The notes under the pieces: model-generated
The model's input: the letters and a program-made list of their open reading frames with translations, nothing else
Databases searched by the model: none
What the model was told of the DNA's origin: nothing
In this document: positions 1-9,934 of the stretch, one piece after another
How the letters are laid out: each line of letters begins with the position of its first letter
Position numbering within the stretch: position 1 is the stretch's first letter
Source of the DNA: Deltaproteobacteria bacterium
GTDB taxonomy: Bacteria > Myxococcota > UBA727 > VGSZ01
Length of the DNA: 64,000 bases
Assembly: GCA_020850995.1 (NCBI GenBank)
Contig: JADZDP010000136.1
Coordinates: forward strand, 114-64,113
Direction: 5' to 3'
Program-made: the position numbers and the translations under genes

Positions 1-47
1 GGCTGGGGTGTGCGCCAGACGTTGAGCCCGCAGGGCCAAACGCGCTA

Positions 48-1337
48 ATGCGCGCCATGCGCCTCACCGTCGTCGCCTGTGCCCTGTTCGCTCTCGCCAC
101 GCTCAGCAGCTCGGCGCGCGCCGATCGCCAGGTCTTTCTCGGCTGGCATGCGAGCGGCGCCTTCTCGTACCAGACCGTGCAGAGCGCCTCGGGCACCGTG
201 GTGCGGGTCTGTCGCGAAGACGTGAACGACGTACCGGCAGGCTGGCCCGAGGGCGTGTCCATTGGGCCGGGCTCGGCGTGCGGCGAGCTGCCGGCGCAGG
301 TGGGCGCGGTGGCCGCGCTCGAGTACGCCAAGCGCGACCTCAAGGGTGGCAAGGCGGAGAAGAAGAGCCCCTTCGGCCTCGAGGTCAAGCTCGAGGGTGG
401 CGAGGGAAAGAGCGTGGTGGTGGTGCTGGACGGGCCCGCAGGCAAAGAGGGCAGCAAGCGCGAGCAGGTAGCCGAGGTGGCCAGTGGCGACGCGCTCAAG
501 ATCGCCGAGGCGCTGTGGCGCGTCGACGGCAAAGAGCTCGCGGTCAGCGTGGAGCAAGACAAGCCCGCCAAGGGCGACAAGAGCGCGCCGCGTTGGGTCG
601 TCGTGGTCGACGTGAGCAAGCTCTTGGTGGGCGGCCCGGCCGGGCGCAAGGTGGCGGAGCGCGCGCATGCCGCGGGCCAGGCGCTCTACAAAAAGCGCGA
701 CTGGTCGGGCGCGGGCAAGAAGCTGGAAGAGGCGATCAACGCCGACCCGAGCTTTGCGCCGGCGCGCTTCCTGCGTGCGGCCGCCGAGGCGCAGGGCGGC
801 GTGGGGCGCAGCGCCATGATCGAGAACCTCAGCTGGCTCAAGGAGCAGGGCGAGAAAGACGCCAGCGCCAAGAAGCTGCTGGCGACTGCCAAGAGCGACA
901 GCGCCTTCGATGCGTGGATCGGCGAGCCCGAGGTGCGCGAGCTGCTCGGCTTGCCCAAGGTGTCGACGATGGACCTGCCCACGCGTTTGCTCGAGCGCAA
1001 GGCCACCTGGACGCTGCAAGGCGCCACCTGCACGCGCCCGTGGCTGACCCTGGTGTTCAAAGCGGCGGGCAAGGCGGGCGGCACTGCCACCCTCGCGGTC
1101 GCCGAGAGCTGCAAGGGCAAGAAGGCGCAGAAGGCCGGACAGCTCACCTGGAAGCAGGCAGCGGCAGGCACCTGGGAGCTCGAGCTCAAGAAGCCCGTCG
1201 ACGGCGTGGCCTTCCCGGCCAAGGCCACCATCGTGCTCGACGAGAGCTACCAGCAGATCAAGCTGGTGGCGCCCGACGGCGCCGAGCTTGGCACCTTCGA
1301 GCCCGGCGCCGCGCGCGTCGACGACTCCACGCTGTGA
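48..1337 (+). CDS. hypothetical secreted protein (N-terminal signal peptide, C-terminal TPR-like helical region)
   Basis: 429-aa ORF, hydrophobic N-terminus MRLTVVACALFALATLSSSARA, K/E-rich; the antisense ORF 45..1409 is composition noise. Confidence 0.5.
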   Translation: MRAMRLTVVACALFALATLSSSARADRQVFLGWHASGAFSYQTVQSASGTVVRVCREDVNDVPAGWPEGVSIGPGSACGELPAQVGAVAALEYAKRDLKGGKAEKKSPFGLEVKLEGGEGKSVVVVLDGPAGKEGSKREQVAEVASGDALKIAEALWRVDGKELAVSVEQDKPAKGDKSAPRWVVVVDVSKLLVGGPAGRKVAERAHAAGQALYKKRDWSGAGKKLEEAINADPSFAPARFLRAAAEAQGGVGRSAMIENLSWLKEQGEKDASAKKLLATAKSDSAFDAWIGEPEVRELLGLPKVSTMDLPTRLLERKATWTLQGATCTRPWLTLVFKAAGKAGGTATLAVAESCKGKKAQKAGQLTWKQAAAGTWELELKKPVDGVAFPAKATIVLDESYQQIKLVAPDGAELGTFEPGAARVDDSTL

Positions 1338-1359
1338 ATTCGCACGCTGACCGCACACG

Positions 1360-2394
1360 GTGACTCCACACGGTAACGAGCGACGCGTGAAAGATCCGAA
1401 CCGCTCCATGCTGGTGCGCGAGGGCCTGCGGCCCTTCTTCCTCGACGAGCGCGGGCTGCACCTGCTCGATCAGCGCGCGCTGCCGCACGAGGAGCGCTGG
1501 CACACCTTCACCGAGCTCGAAGACGTGGCCCAAGCCATCGAGACCCTGGCGGTGCGCGGCGCGCCCGCCATCGGCGGCGCGGCGGCTCTCGGCATGGTGC
1601 TGGCGGCGCGGCAGGGCCACGACCTCGAAGGCGCCGATCGCCGGCTGCGCGCCACACGCCCCACCGCCAAGAACCTGTTCGCCGCCCTCGACGAGGTGAA
1701 GGCGGCGTGGAGCGCGGCCGCGCCGGCGGCGCGCTTGGCCGCCGTGGTCGACGCCGCCGAGCGCCACGTGTTGGCCGACGAGGCCGCCTGCGCGGCCATG
1801 GGCGCCCATGGCGCCGCGCTCATCGCCGACGGCGACGTCGTCATCACCATCTGTCACAGCGGCGCGCTGGCCACCTGTGGCATCGGCACGGGGCTCGGCG
1901 TCGTCAAGAGCGCGCACGCCCAAGGCAAGCGCGTGCGCGTGGTGGCGCTCGAGACGCGCCCCTTGTTGCAGGGCGCGCGCTTGACGGCGTGGGAGTGCTT
2001 GCGCGAGGGCATCCCGGTCACGCTCATCACCGACGGCATGTCGGCGTTCGCCGTGGAGCGCCTCGGCGTCACGCGCGCGGTGGTGGGCGCCGATCGCATC
2101 GCGCGCGACGGGTCCACGGCGAACAAGATCGGCACGCGCACGCTCGCCACCGTGTGCGCAGCGGCGCGCGTGCCCTTCCACGTGGCGGCGCCGATGTCGA
2201 CCTTCGACACCACGATCGCGCAGGGCGTCGACATCCCCATCGAGGAGCGCGCCGCCGACGAGGTGCGCGGCGCGCGCGGCACGCCCATCGCGCCCCACGA
2301 CGTGCCGGTGTGGAACCCCTCGTTCGACGTGACGCCGCCCGGGCTCGTCACCTCCTTCATCACCGAGCGCGGCGTGCTGACGCCGCCCTTCTGA
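1360..2394 (+). CDS. mtnA: S-methyl-5-thioribose-1-phosphate isomerase (eIF-2B alpha/beta/delta family)
   Basis: motifs LHLLDQRALP, VRGAPAIGGAAALG, TRPTAKNL, ICHSGALAT, NKIGT typical of MtnA; start may be the internal ATG at 1408. Confidence 0.8.
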   Translation: MTPHGNERRVKDPNRSMLVREGLRPFFLDERGLHLLDQRALPHEERWHTFTELEDVAQAIETLAVRGAPAIGGAAALGMVLAARQGHDLEGADRRLRATRPTAKNLFAALDEVKAAWSAAAPAARLAAVVDAAERHVLADEAACAAMGAHGAALIADGDVVITICHSGALATCGIGTGLGVVKSAHAQGKRVRVVALETRPLLQGARLTAWECLREGIPVTLITDGMSAFAVERLGVTRAVVGADRIARDGSTANKIGTRTLATVCAAARVPFHVAAPMSTFDTTIAQGVDIPIEERAADEVRGARGTPIAPHDVPVWNPSFDVTPPGLVTSFITERGVLTPPF

Positions 2395-2445
2395 GCCAGT
2401 GCGCGCGGCCTTTTCAGCGCGCCGGCTTCGCGCTCTGCTCGGCCC

Positions 2446-3972
2446 ATGATCACGCTGGCACTCCTCCTCGCGGCCACCGACCCCACCGTCACGCTCGAGA
2501 TCGCCAAGGGTGGCGACGTGGTGTGGCAGGGCCCCTGCTCCGCCGAGGTCTTCCCCAAAGACGGCGACGCGCCGAGCACCAGCGTGCCCGACCTGCTGCA
2601 GCCCTTCTCCCTGCCCAGCGGCGCGTGGGACGTGGTGGTGGCCTGCCCAAGCGGCGAAGGCGTGGTGAAGAAGAGCATGCCGCTAGTGGTCAAGGACGAC
2701 GACGTCAGCGCGCGCGTGGCGCTCGCCCCGGGCTTCTTGCTGGTCAACGTGCTGCGCTTCGACACGCCCGTGTCCGCCGACATCACGGTGCTCGACGAGC
2801 GCGGCCGCGAGGTGGCGCGCGGCAAGGAGCGGGCCGTCATGCCCATCGAGCCCGGCCGCGTGCGCGTGGTGGCCAAGCTCGACGATGGTGGGCGCCCGGT
2901 GTTCGGCAACGCCACCGCCACCATCGCCACCAAGAAGCGCAGCGACGTCACCGTCGACACCACCGACGGTGAGCTCACGGTCTTCCTCACCGACAACGGC
3001 AAGAAGGCGGGCGGCGTGGCCGCGCTGCGCCAACCGGGGCAGAAGACGCGCCTCGTGGAGCTGCGCGCCGGCGAGAAGGGCCACGCACCGCCGGGAAGCT
3101 ACGACCTCGTGACCCAGCTCGAGGACGCCCACGACTTCGGCGAGGTGCTCACGCGCGGGGTCACCATCAGCCCGGGCAAGAGCACCACGCGCGCGGTGGC
3201 GCACAAGACCGGCAGCGCGCGGCCCCGCGTGCTGGTCGACGGCAAGGCCGTGACCGACAAGGTCGAGATCGACCTGTACGCGCCCGCCGGCAGCGCGCCC
3301 TTCAACACCGTCGCCGCCGGCGAGGCGCTCAAGCTGCAGCCCGGCAAGGTGCGCCTGGTGGCGCGCCTGCTCGAGCGCACGCTCGACGACGGCAGCTCGC
3401 TGTCGGGGGAGGTCGTCACCAGCGTCCCGGCGGGTGGCAGCGTGGCGCCCACCATCGAGCTCGGCGCCGCGCGCCTCGACGTCAGCACCACCGTGGGCAA
3501 GAAGGCGCAGGGCCTCGACGTGGCGCTCACCGTCGTCGGTGCCGAGGCCCCGGCCGCCAGCAAGCGCTCCGACGCCGACGGCAAGACCAGCTTCTCGGTG
3601 TCTGCCGGCAAGTACCACGTGCGCGCCGCGCTCAAGGCCCAGCAGGGCGAGGTGGTGACGCAGAAGCAGGTGGTGCTGCGCACCGGCGCGCGCCTGGGGC
3701 TCAGCCTCGACCTCGACATCGGCACTGCCGTGGTGCAGGTGTTCGAGGGCGGCGTGGCGGTGCCCGCCGAGGTGCGCTTCTACACCGAGCTCAAGGGCGG
3801 CAAGCCCACCGCCGAGCCCTTCCTCGCGGTGCCCGCGGGCGCCGACGCGCTCTTGCCGCCCGGCATCTACGCCCTCGGCGTCAAGCGCGACGGCAAGGAG
3901 CGGCTGTTCTCGGAGCTGCGCGTGGCGCCTGGGCGCACGGTGGAGCGCACGGTGGATCTGAGCGCGAAGTAA
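2446..3972 (+). CDS. hypothetical secreted protein with several ~90-aa beta-sandwich-like repeats
   Basis: 508-aa ORF, N-terminal hydrophobic segment, repeated T/V/G-rich segments. Confidence 0.5.
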   Translation: MITLALLLAATDPTVTLEIAKGGDVVWQGPCSAEVFPKDGDAPSTSVPDLLQPFSLPSGAWDVVVACPSGEGVVKKSMPLVVKDDDVSARVALAPGFLLVNVLRFDTPVSADITVLDERGREVARGKERAVMPIEPGRVRVVAKLDDGGRPVFGNATATIATKKRSDVTVDTTDGELTVFLTDNGKKAGGVAALRQPGQKTRLVELRAGEKGHAPPGSYDLVTQLEDAHDFGEVLTRGVTISPGKSTTRAVAHKTGSARPRVLVDGKAVTDKVEIDLYAPAGSAPFNTVAAGEALKLQPGKVRLVARLLERTLDDGSSLSGEVVTSVPAGGSVAPTIELGAARLDVSTTVGKKAQGLDVALTVVGAEAPAASKRSDADGKTSFSVSAGKYHVRAALKAQQGEVVTQKQVVLRTGARLGLSLDLDIGTAVVQVFEGGVAVPAEVRFYTELKGGKPTAEPFLAVPAGADALLPPGIYALGVKRDGKERLFSELRVAPGRTVERTVDLSAK

Positions 3973-4023
3973 CACGAGCATGCGAGGGCGCGCCGGCGTC
4001 GCAACGCAACGATTGGAGAGTGC

Positions 4024-5136
4024 GTGAGCATGAACGCACGACCACGCCGCCGCCGGCTGCTGTGGGCGTTGGTGGCGCTGGTAGCGGGCATCATCGGCAC
4101 CGGCGTGGTCGCCGCGCCCGCGCTGGTGCAGTGGCTCATGACACCCGGCGCGCCCTTCGACCTCGTCGCCGTGCCGCCGCCGCCCGACTACCGTGACGAC
4201 GGCGCTTGGCTGGCGCTGCCCACCAGCGCCGACGAGGCCGACGTGGCGCTGGCCGAGCTGCCGGCGGCGCGCGCCCCAGCCGTCGACGTGTTCTACCTGC
4301 ACCCCACCTCGTCGATCGCGCCGGCCTGGAACGCGCCCTTCGACGATCCCCAGGTGCGCATGGCCAGCATCCGAGGTGGCACGCTCATCCAGGCCAGCGC
4401 CTTCAACGGCGTCGGCGCCATCTACGCGCCGAGCTACCGCCAGGCGAGCGGCAGCGCGTTCACGACCCCGTCCGTCGACGGCGACGGCGCCATCGACCTC
4501 GCCTACCTCGACGTCGAGAGCGCGTTCGTCGAGTTTCGACGCCGCGCCGGTGCCGAGCGCCCCTTCCTCGTCGTGGGCCATAGCCAGGGCGCCGCGCTCG
4601 CCGCGCGCCTGTTGCGCGAGCGCATCGCCGCAAGACCCGAGCGCGCGCTCCTGGTGGCCGCCTACCTGCCGGGCGCGCTCTTGTCGTCGGCCGACGTGGG
4701 CGGCCTGCCGGCGTGCGCGACGCGCGACGCGACCGGCTGCGTGGTGAGCTTCAACGCGCGCGGCCCGGCCTGGCAGCCCGACGCCTTCGAGCTCGACGTC
4801 AGCACCACGCCCGAGCCGCACCAGTGCGTCAACCCGGTGCTCGGTGGCGCCGGCGACGACCCCACCACCAGGGAGCAGCACGCCGGCGCCGTGTTCTTCG
4901 ACGTCGAGACACCCGCGCTGCTGCCGGCCTTCGCCGCCGCGCGCTGCCGCGATGGTCACCTCATCATCAGCGATCACGCGCCCGTGCCGTGGCGCGATCT
5001 GCCGAGCGCCATCCTCCTGTGGATCATGGGCGGGCAGAACTTCCACCCGGTGGAGGTGCAGCTCTTCTACGCCGACCTGCGGGCCGACGCCGCGCGGCGC
5101 GTGGCCGCGTTCCTCGCGCCGCCCGCTCCCCACTGA
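4024..5136 (+). CDS. DUF3089-family alpha/beta hydrolase (lipase-like), membrane anchored
   Basis: N-terminal TM, nucleophile-elbow-like VVGHSQGAALAARLL. Confidence 0.6.
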   Translation: MSMNARPRRRRLLWALVALVAGIIGTGVVAAPALVQWLMTPGAPFDLVAVPPPPDYRDDGAWLALPTSADEADVALAELPAARAPAVDVFYLHPTSSIAPAWNAPFDDPQVRMASIRGGTLIQASAFNGVGAIYAPSYRQASGSAFTTPSVDGDGAIDLAYLDVESAFVEFRRRAGAERPFLVVGHSQGAALAARLLRERIAARPERALLVAAYLPGALLSSADVGGLPACATRDATGCVVSFNARGPAWQPDAFELDVSTTPEPHQCVNPVLGGAGDDPTTREQHAGAVFFDVETPALLPAFAAARCRDGHLIISDHAPVPWRDLPSAILLWIMGGQNFHPVEVQLFYADLRADAARRVAAFLAPPAPH

Positions 5137-5167
5137 CAAGCGCGCGCGACCGCGGCAGGCTGCGCCC

Positions 5168-6814
5168 GTGGACGGCTACGTCGACACCAACAGCTCGGGC
5201 TTGCGCTGGCTCTCGCGCCTGCGCTGGTGGGCGCTGGCCGGCACCCTCGGCGGCGTCCTGCTCGCGTGGCTGCTCGACTGGCAGTTCGTCCACGTGCCCG
5301 CGGTGGTCGCCGGCGTGGTGGTCATGGGACTGGCGAACCTGGCGCTGATGGCGCGCGCCAAGCGGGCGCGCGAGGTGGGCTGGCGCGAGCTCGGCCTGCA
5401 CGCCGCCGTCGACCTGGTGTTCCTCTCGTGGCTCTTGGTGTGGACCGGCGGCCTGCGCAACCCGGTGGCCGTGGCCTTCAGCTTCCACGTGGTGCTGGGC
5501 GCGTTGCTCAATGGCCGGCGCGGCGCCATCTCGGCCACGGCGCTGTCCTTGGCCTGCATCGCGTTCTTGTGGCTGCTCGACGAGCAACAGCTTCTGCCCG
5601 CGCCCGCGCTCGTGAGCGTGCCGCGCACGCTGATCGTGATCTCCCTTGGGCTCTTGGTGGTGGGCCTGGGCTACCTCGCGCTGGTGGTGGCCGAGCGCCA
5701 CGCCGCCGAGCGACGCGAGGCCGCGCGCGGCGTGGCGCTCCTGCTCGACTCGTTGGCCGCGCTCAAGGTGGGCCTCGACCTGGTGGGCGCCGACGGGCAA
5801 AGCCAGCTCGCCAACGAGACCGCGCGCGACCTGCAGCGCCACCCGCAGGCCCAAGAGGCGGCGCGCGAGCTCGAGACCATCGAAGAGGCGGGCCCGGTGT
5901 CGCGACGCTTCGCGGTGCCGGTGCGCGCGACCGGCGATCACCGCGAGCGCATCATCGACCTGGTAGCGCTGCCCCAGCGACGAGCCTTGGGCGCGCGCGC
6001 GCTCCTCTACGTCGACCGCACCGACGAGCTCTTGGTCGACCAGCGCCACGTGATGCTCGAGCGCCTGGCCACGCTCGGCCGCGCGTTGCAAGGCGTGGCA
6101 CACGAGCTCAACACGCCGCTCACCACCATGCAGACCTTGGGAAAAGACCTGCGCGCGGTGCTGGCCGAGGCGCCGCTCGACGAGCGCCAGCGCCAGGACG
6201 TCGACGAGAGCTTGCAGCTGCTCATCGACGAGAGCCGACGGTGCCGCGCGCTGACCCAGGCGCTCTTGTCGTCGGCCAACGATGGGCGGCGCCAGGGCAC
6301 GGTGGCGCAGCGCGCCAGCGACGTGGTGCGCCGCGCGGTGCGCCTGGTGGGGGCCGCCGAGGTCGACGAGGTGACCCTCGACCCGTCGCTCGACGTCGAG
6401 GTGCCGGTGGACGCCGATCGCGTGCTGCAAGTGGTGATGAACCTGGTGCAGAACGCGCTCCGTGCCACCGCCGATCGCAAGGCCGACGGCGGTGGGCCGC
6501 GCGTGGTGGTCACCGCGCGTCGGGCGCACGGCGCGCTGGTGATGCAGATCGCCGACCGCGGCCCCGGCCTGCCGGTGGAGGTGAAGACGCGCCTGTTCGA
6601 GCCCTTCGTCACCACGCGACCCATGGGCGAGGGCACGGGCCTTGGCCTGTACACGAGCCAGCTCATCGCGCGCGAGCTCGGCGGCACGCTGGCGCTCGAC
6701 GACGCGCCCGGCGGCGGCACTATCGCCACGCTCACCTTGCCCGCACCGGAGCTGCCCGACAGGCCATTGGCAAGCAGGCGCTCCGACGGTAGATCGCCCG
6801 TGGGGGAGGGGTAA
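5168..6814 (+). CDS. sensor histidine kinase (polytopic N-terminal membrane domain, HisKA + HATPase_c)
   Basis: GTG at 5168 in frame with ORF 4844..6814; H-box HELNTPLTTM; N-box VQNALRAT; G-boxes DRGPGLP and GTGLGL; ~6 predicted TM helices. Confidence 0.8.
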   Translation: MDGYVDTNSSGLRWLSRLRWWALAGTLGGVLLAWLLDWQFVHVPAVVAGVVVMGLANLALMARAKRAREVGWRELGLHAAVDLVFLSWLLVWTGGLRNPVAVAFSFHVVLGALLNGRRGAISATALSLACIAFLWLLDEQQLLPAPALVSVPRTLIVISLGLLVVGLGYLALVVAERHAAERREAARGVALLLDSLAALKVGLDLVGADGQSQLANETARDLQRHPQAQEAARELETIEEAGPVSRRFAVPVRATGDHRERIIDLVALPQRRALGARALLYVDRTDELLVDQRHVMLERLATLGRALQGVAHELNTPLTTMQTLGKDLRAVLAEAPLDERQRQDVDESLQLLIDESRRCRALTQALLSSANDGRRQGTVAQRASDVVRRAVRLVGAAEVDEVTLDPSLDVEVPVDADRVLQVVMNLVQNALRATADRKADGGGPRVVVTARRAHGALVMQIADRGPGLPVEVKTRLFEPFVTTRPMGEGTGLGLYTSQLIARELGGTLALDDAPGGGTIATLTLPAPELPDRPLASRRSDGRSPVGEG

Positions 6815-6817
6815 GCA

Positions 6818-8146
6818 ATGCGGGTCCTCCTCGTCGACGACGATCCTGGTCTTCGCCTGGCCTTGTCGAAGGCGCTGGTGCGCAAGGGCGTGGACGTGGT
6901 CGATCTCGCGAGCGGCGAGGCCGCGCTCGAGCCGCTGCGCACCGGCACCTCCACCGTGGGACCCGTCGACGTGTGCGTGCTTGATCTGCGCATGCCGGGC
7001 ATGAGCGGCCTCGAGGTGCTGCGTCGCACGCAAGCGCGACGCGTGCCCGTGTTGGTGCTGACCGGCCACGGCACCGTGCCCGACGCAGTCGAGGCCATGC
7101 GCCTGGGCGCCGTCAACTTCATGCAGAAGCCGCTCGACGCCGACGAGCTGTTGCCGGCGTTGCAGCAGGCGGTGCGCGCGGAGCCGCCCGCCATCGCCAC
7201 GGCCTTGCTCGGCGCGTCGGCGCCCATGCTGTCGTTCCTGGAGCGCCTCGATCGCGCCGCACCCACCGACGAGCCGGTGCTCTTGGTGGGCGAGACCGGC
7301 AGCGGCAAAGAGCTGTGCGCGCGGCGCCTGCATGATCTGAGCGCGCGCCGCAAAGGCCCCTTCGTCGTCTTCAACGTCGCCAGCGTGCCCGAGGAGTGGA
7401 TCGAGGGCGAGCTGTTCGGCCAGCGCCGCGGCGCCACCGCTGGCGCCACCGAGACGCGCGACGGCGCGCTCCATCGCGCCGGCGAGGGCACGCTCTTCAT
7501 CGACGACGTCGGTGAGCTCGGCATGGAGGTGCAGGCCAAGCTCTTGCGCGCGCTCGAGGAGCGGCGCGTGCGCCCCGTGGGCGCCGACGCAGACAAGCCC
7601 TTCCGCGCGCGCGTGGTGGCGGCCACGCAGCGCGAGCTCAAGGGGGCGGTCGACGCCGGGCGCTTCCGCGCCGACCTCTGCTACCACCTGGCGGCGCTCA
7701 CGCTGGCGGTGCCGCCGCTGCGCGACCGCGGCGACGACGTGATCTTGCTCGCCCGCGCCTACCTGAGCCGATCGAGCGATCGACCGCTCGTGCTCACCGC
7801 CGACGGCGAGGAGCAGCTGCGGCGCTATCGCTTCCCGGGCAACGTGCGCGAGCTGGTCAACTTGATGAAGCGCGCCGCGCTCTTCTCCGAGCGCCTCGAG
7901 GTCGACGGCGCGCTGCTCGGCGAGCTGATGCAGCAGTCGCCGTACACCGAGAGCGGACGCCCGGACGGCGACGCGCCGCGCGCCGGCGAGCGCGTCACCC
8001 TGGAAGAGCTCGAGAAGACCCACATCAGGCGCTTGTTGTCGGAGCTGAACAACGTGAGCGAGGTGGCGCGCATCGTGGGCATCGACCGACGCACCTTGCA
8101 GCGCAAGATGGCGGCGTGGGGCCTGCGCGACCAGAGCCCACAGTAG
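6818..8146 (+). CDS. sigma-54-dependent response regulator (NtrC/Fis family: REC + AAA+ + HTH)
   Basis: MRVLLVDDD receiver; Walker A GETGSGKE; GAFTGA-like ESELFG variant; arginine-finger region; C-terminal Fis-type HTH; 3 nt after HK stop. Confidence 0.85.
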   Translation: MRVLLVDDDPGLRLALSKALVRKGVDVVDLASGEAALEPLRTGTSTVGPVDVCVLDLRMPGMSGLEVLRRTQARRVPVLVLTGHGTVPDAVEAMRLGAVNFMQKPLDADELLPALQQAVRAEPPAIATALLGASAPMLSFLERLDRAAPTDEPVLLVGETGSGKELCARRLHDLSARRKGPFVVFNVASVPEEWIEGELFGQRRGATAGATETRDGALHRAGEGTLFIDDVGELGMEVQAKLLRALEERRVRPVGADADKPFRARVVAATQRELKGAVDAGRFRADLCYHLAALTLAVPPLRDRGDDVILLARAYLSRSSDRPLVLTADGEEQLRRYRFPGNVRELVNLMKRAALFSERLEVDGALLGELMQQSPYTESGRPDGDAPRAGERVTLEELEKTHIRRLLSELNNVSEVARIVGIDRRTLQRKMAAWGLRDQSPQ

Positions 8147-8310
8147 CGACCTCCTCGCACCGGCGCTGCGTGTCCGCGGGCTCAGCTGCCGCGCCGGTGG
8201 CCGTGCTCGACGAGGGGCACACGCGCGCGCAACCGAGCTCCGCTGTAGGCACAGCTCACCGCGCTGTCTCAGCGCGGACAAGGCGGCGACGACAACGCTA
8301 CGCTCGCCTC

Positions 8311-9555
8311 GTGTCGGCGCTGCGCACCCCAGCGATCGCCCTCGTGGCCGCCAGCGCATGGCTGTGGCAGCCGAGCGGCACGCGCGCGCTCGAGCCAGAG
8401 CTCGGCGCTCCCGCTCCCTGGCGCCTGCCGGTGAGCGCGGAGCGGGGTGCCGAAGGCACGCAGCGCATCGAGCTCTTGGCGGCGTCTGGCCAGCCGGGGC
8501 GGCGCTGGGTGCGCGCGGTGCGCGACCTGCTGGAGAACCGCCTCGACGTCGACGCGCTGGCGCCCGACACGCCGCTCACGGTGTGGGTCAGCGGCGACGA
8601 GCTGATCGCGTTTCGCCTGCAGCGCCCAGCCACCGGCAGCGAGCCCTGGGACGACGCCGGCGGCGAGATGTTCGCGGCGCGCGTGGTGCGCGACGGCGCG
8701 GCGCGCTGGTACTTCGATGACGGCTCGAGCCTCGACGGGCCCATGCTGTCGCGCCCGGTGCGCTACCAGGCGGTGTCGTCGAAGCTCGGCGTGCGCGACC
8801 ACCCGATCCGCCGGCGCCTCAAGTGGCACGGGGGCACCGACTATGCGGCGCCCATCGGCACGCCGGTGCGCGCCGTGGCCGACGGCCGCGTCCTCAAGGC
8901 GACGCGCAATTGGGTCGCGGGCAACTACGTGGTGGTCCGCCACGACGACGGCACCGAGTCGAAGTACCTGCACCTGCACGAGCGCGCGGCGCCGGTGGTG
9001 GAGGGCGCGCGCGTTCGCCAGGGCGAGGTCATCGGGCTCGTCGGCAAGAGCGGGCGCGTCACCGGCCCGCACCTGCACTTCGAGCTGCGCGACCGCCATG
9101 GCCGGCCGCTCGACCCCACGCGCAGCTGGTGGCCGGCGGCCACCGTCGCGGGCAACGACGTGCGCCGCCTGCTCCAGGCCCAGGAGCAGCTGCTCGAGAC
9201 CTTCCTGGTCGGCGCGGCGCGCGATTGGCGCACGCTGATGGCCCGCACCGACGCCGGCTGGCAACAAGAGCCCTGGCGCGCGGCGACCTCGTCATCGCCG
9301 CTGCCGCCGGCGCTGGCCCAGCGCACCGGCAGCCGCGCGTCGCGCTTGGTGCCGCCACCCCGCCGCCGCCGCCTGGCCATTGCGCGCCTGGTGTTCGACG
9401 AGGCGATGCGGGTCCGGCGCGATCCGCTCCTGCGCCGCGCCATCGAGCTGGCGGCGGCGTTCGTCGATGGTCCGGCGTTCGGCGCGCCCCAGGAAGGGCC
9501 GGGGCCCGCCACCGTCCCCGAGGTCGATCAGGCGCAAACGGTGCAAATGACCTGA
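8311..9555 (+). CDS. M23 (LytM) family metallopeptidase
   Basis: HxxxD/HxH motifs (WHGGTDYAAPIGTPV, GPHLHFEL); GTG at 8311 gives a signal-peptide-like N-terminus; ORF extends upstream to 8116. Confidence 0.7.
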   Translation: MSALRTPAIALVAASAWLWQPSGTRALEPELGAPAPWRLPVSAERGAEGTQRIELLAASGQPGRRWVRAVRDLLENRLDVDALAPDTPLTVWVSGDELIAFRLQRPATGSEPWDDAGGEMFAARVVRDGAARWYFDDGSSLDGPMLSRPVRYQAVSSKLGVRDHPIRRRLKWHGGTDYAAPIGTPVRAVADGRVLKATRNWVAGNYVVVRHDDGTESKYLHLHERAAPVVEGARVRQGEVIGLVGKSGRVTGPHLHFELRDRHGRPLDPTRSWWPAATVAGNDVRRLLQAQEQLLETFLVGAARDWRTLMARTDAGWQQEPWRAATSSSPLPPALAQRTGSRASRLVPPPRRRRLAIARLVFDEAMRVRRDPLLRRAIELAAAFVDGPAFGAPQEGPGPATVPEVDQAQTVQMT

Positions 9556-9568
9556 GCTTGGCGCTAAC

Positions 9569-9934
9569 GTGCCGGCCGTGGCGAGCAGCTCGGGAGCCGA
9601 TCGTCGTCAGTTTCGTCGGGTGCGCGCACCCGTCACGTGCCGTGCCGCCGGCGCCCACGCGCGCATCGCGGCCCCGCAGCAGCCGCTCGACATCTCGCTT
9701 GGCGGCATGCGCATCTACGCCTCCGAGGAGGTGCGAAGCGGCACCCGTCTCGAGCTCGAGCTCTTCCTCGGCGAGGGCGGATCCGTGCCCTGCACGGTCG
9801 AGGTGGTGTGGGTAGAGAAGCTGCCGCCCTCGGCGCCGGCGCGCTTCGACGTGGGCCTGCGCATCCTGGTCATCTCCGACGCCGACCGGCGGCGCCTGCG
9901 CGACGTCGTCGACGACGCCGAGGAGCTGCCGTGA
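9569..9934 (+). CDS. PilZ domain c-di-GMP-binding protein
   Basis: RxxxR (RRQFRRVR) followed ~25 aa later by D-x-S-x-G-G (DISLGGMRI); GTG start. Confidence 0.7.
   Translation: MPAVASSSGADRRQFRRVRAPVTCRAAGAHARIAAPQQPLDISLGGMRIYASEEVRSGTRLELELFLGEGGSVPCTVEVVWVEKLPPSAPARFDVGLRILVISDADRRRLRDVVDDAEELP

Noticed and set aside
45-1409. 454-aa minus-strand ORF
   Set aside because: Fully antisense to the better-supported secreted-protein ORF; Arg/Ala/Gly-rich, typical high-GC noise.
2683-5139. 818-aa minus-strand ORF
   Set aside because: Antisense to two plus-strand genes with recognisable domains; no motifs.
8147-8310. sigma54 promoter upstream of M23 gene
   Set aside because: GGCAC present but no properly spaced TTGC.
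5024-8359. 1111-aa minus-strand ORF
   Set aside because: Antisense to the HK and NtrC-like genes, which carry unambiguous motifs.
9637-9930. Upstream extension of the GGDEF ORF
   Set aside because: Overlaps PilZ in another frame. The start was moved to GTG 9931 (possibly TTG ~10044).
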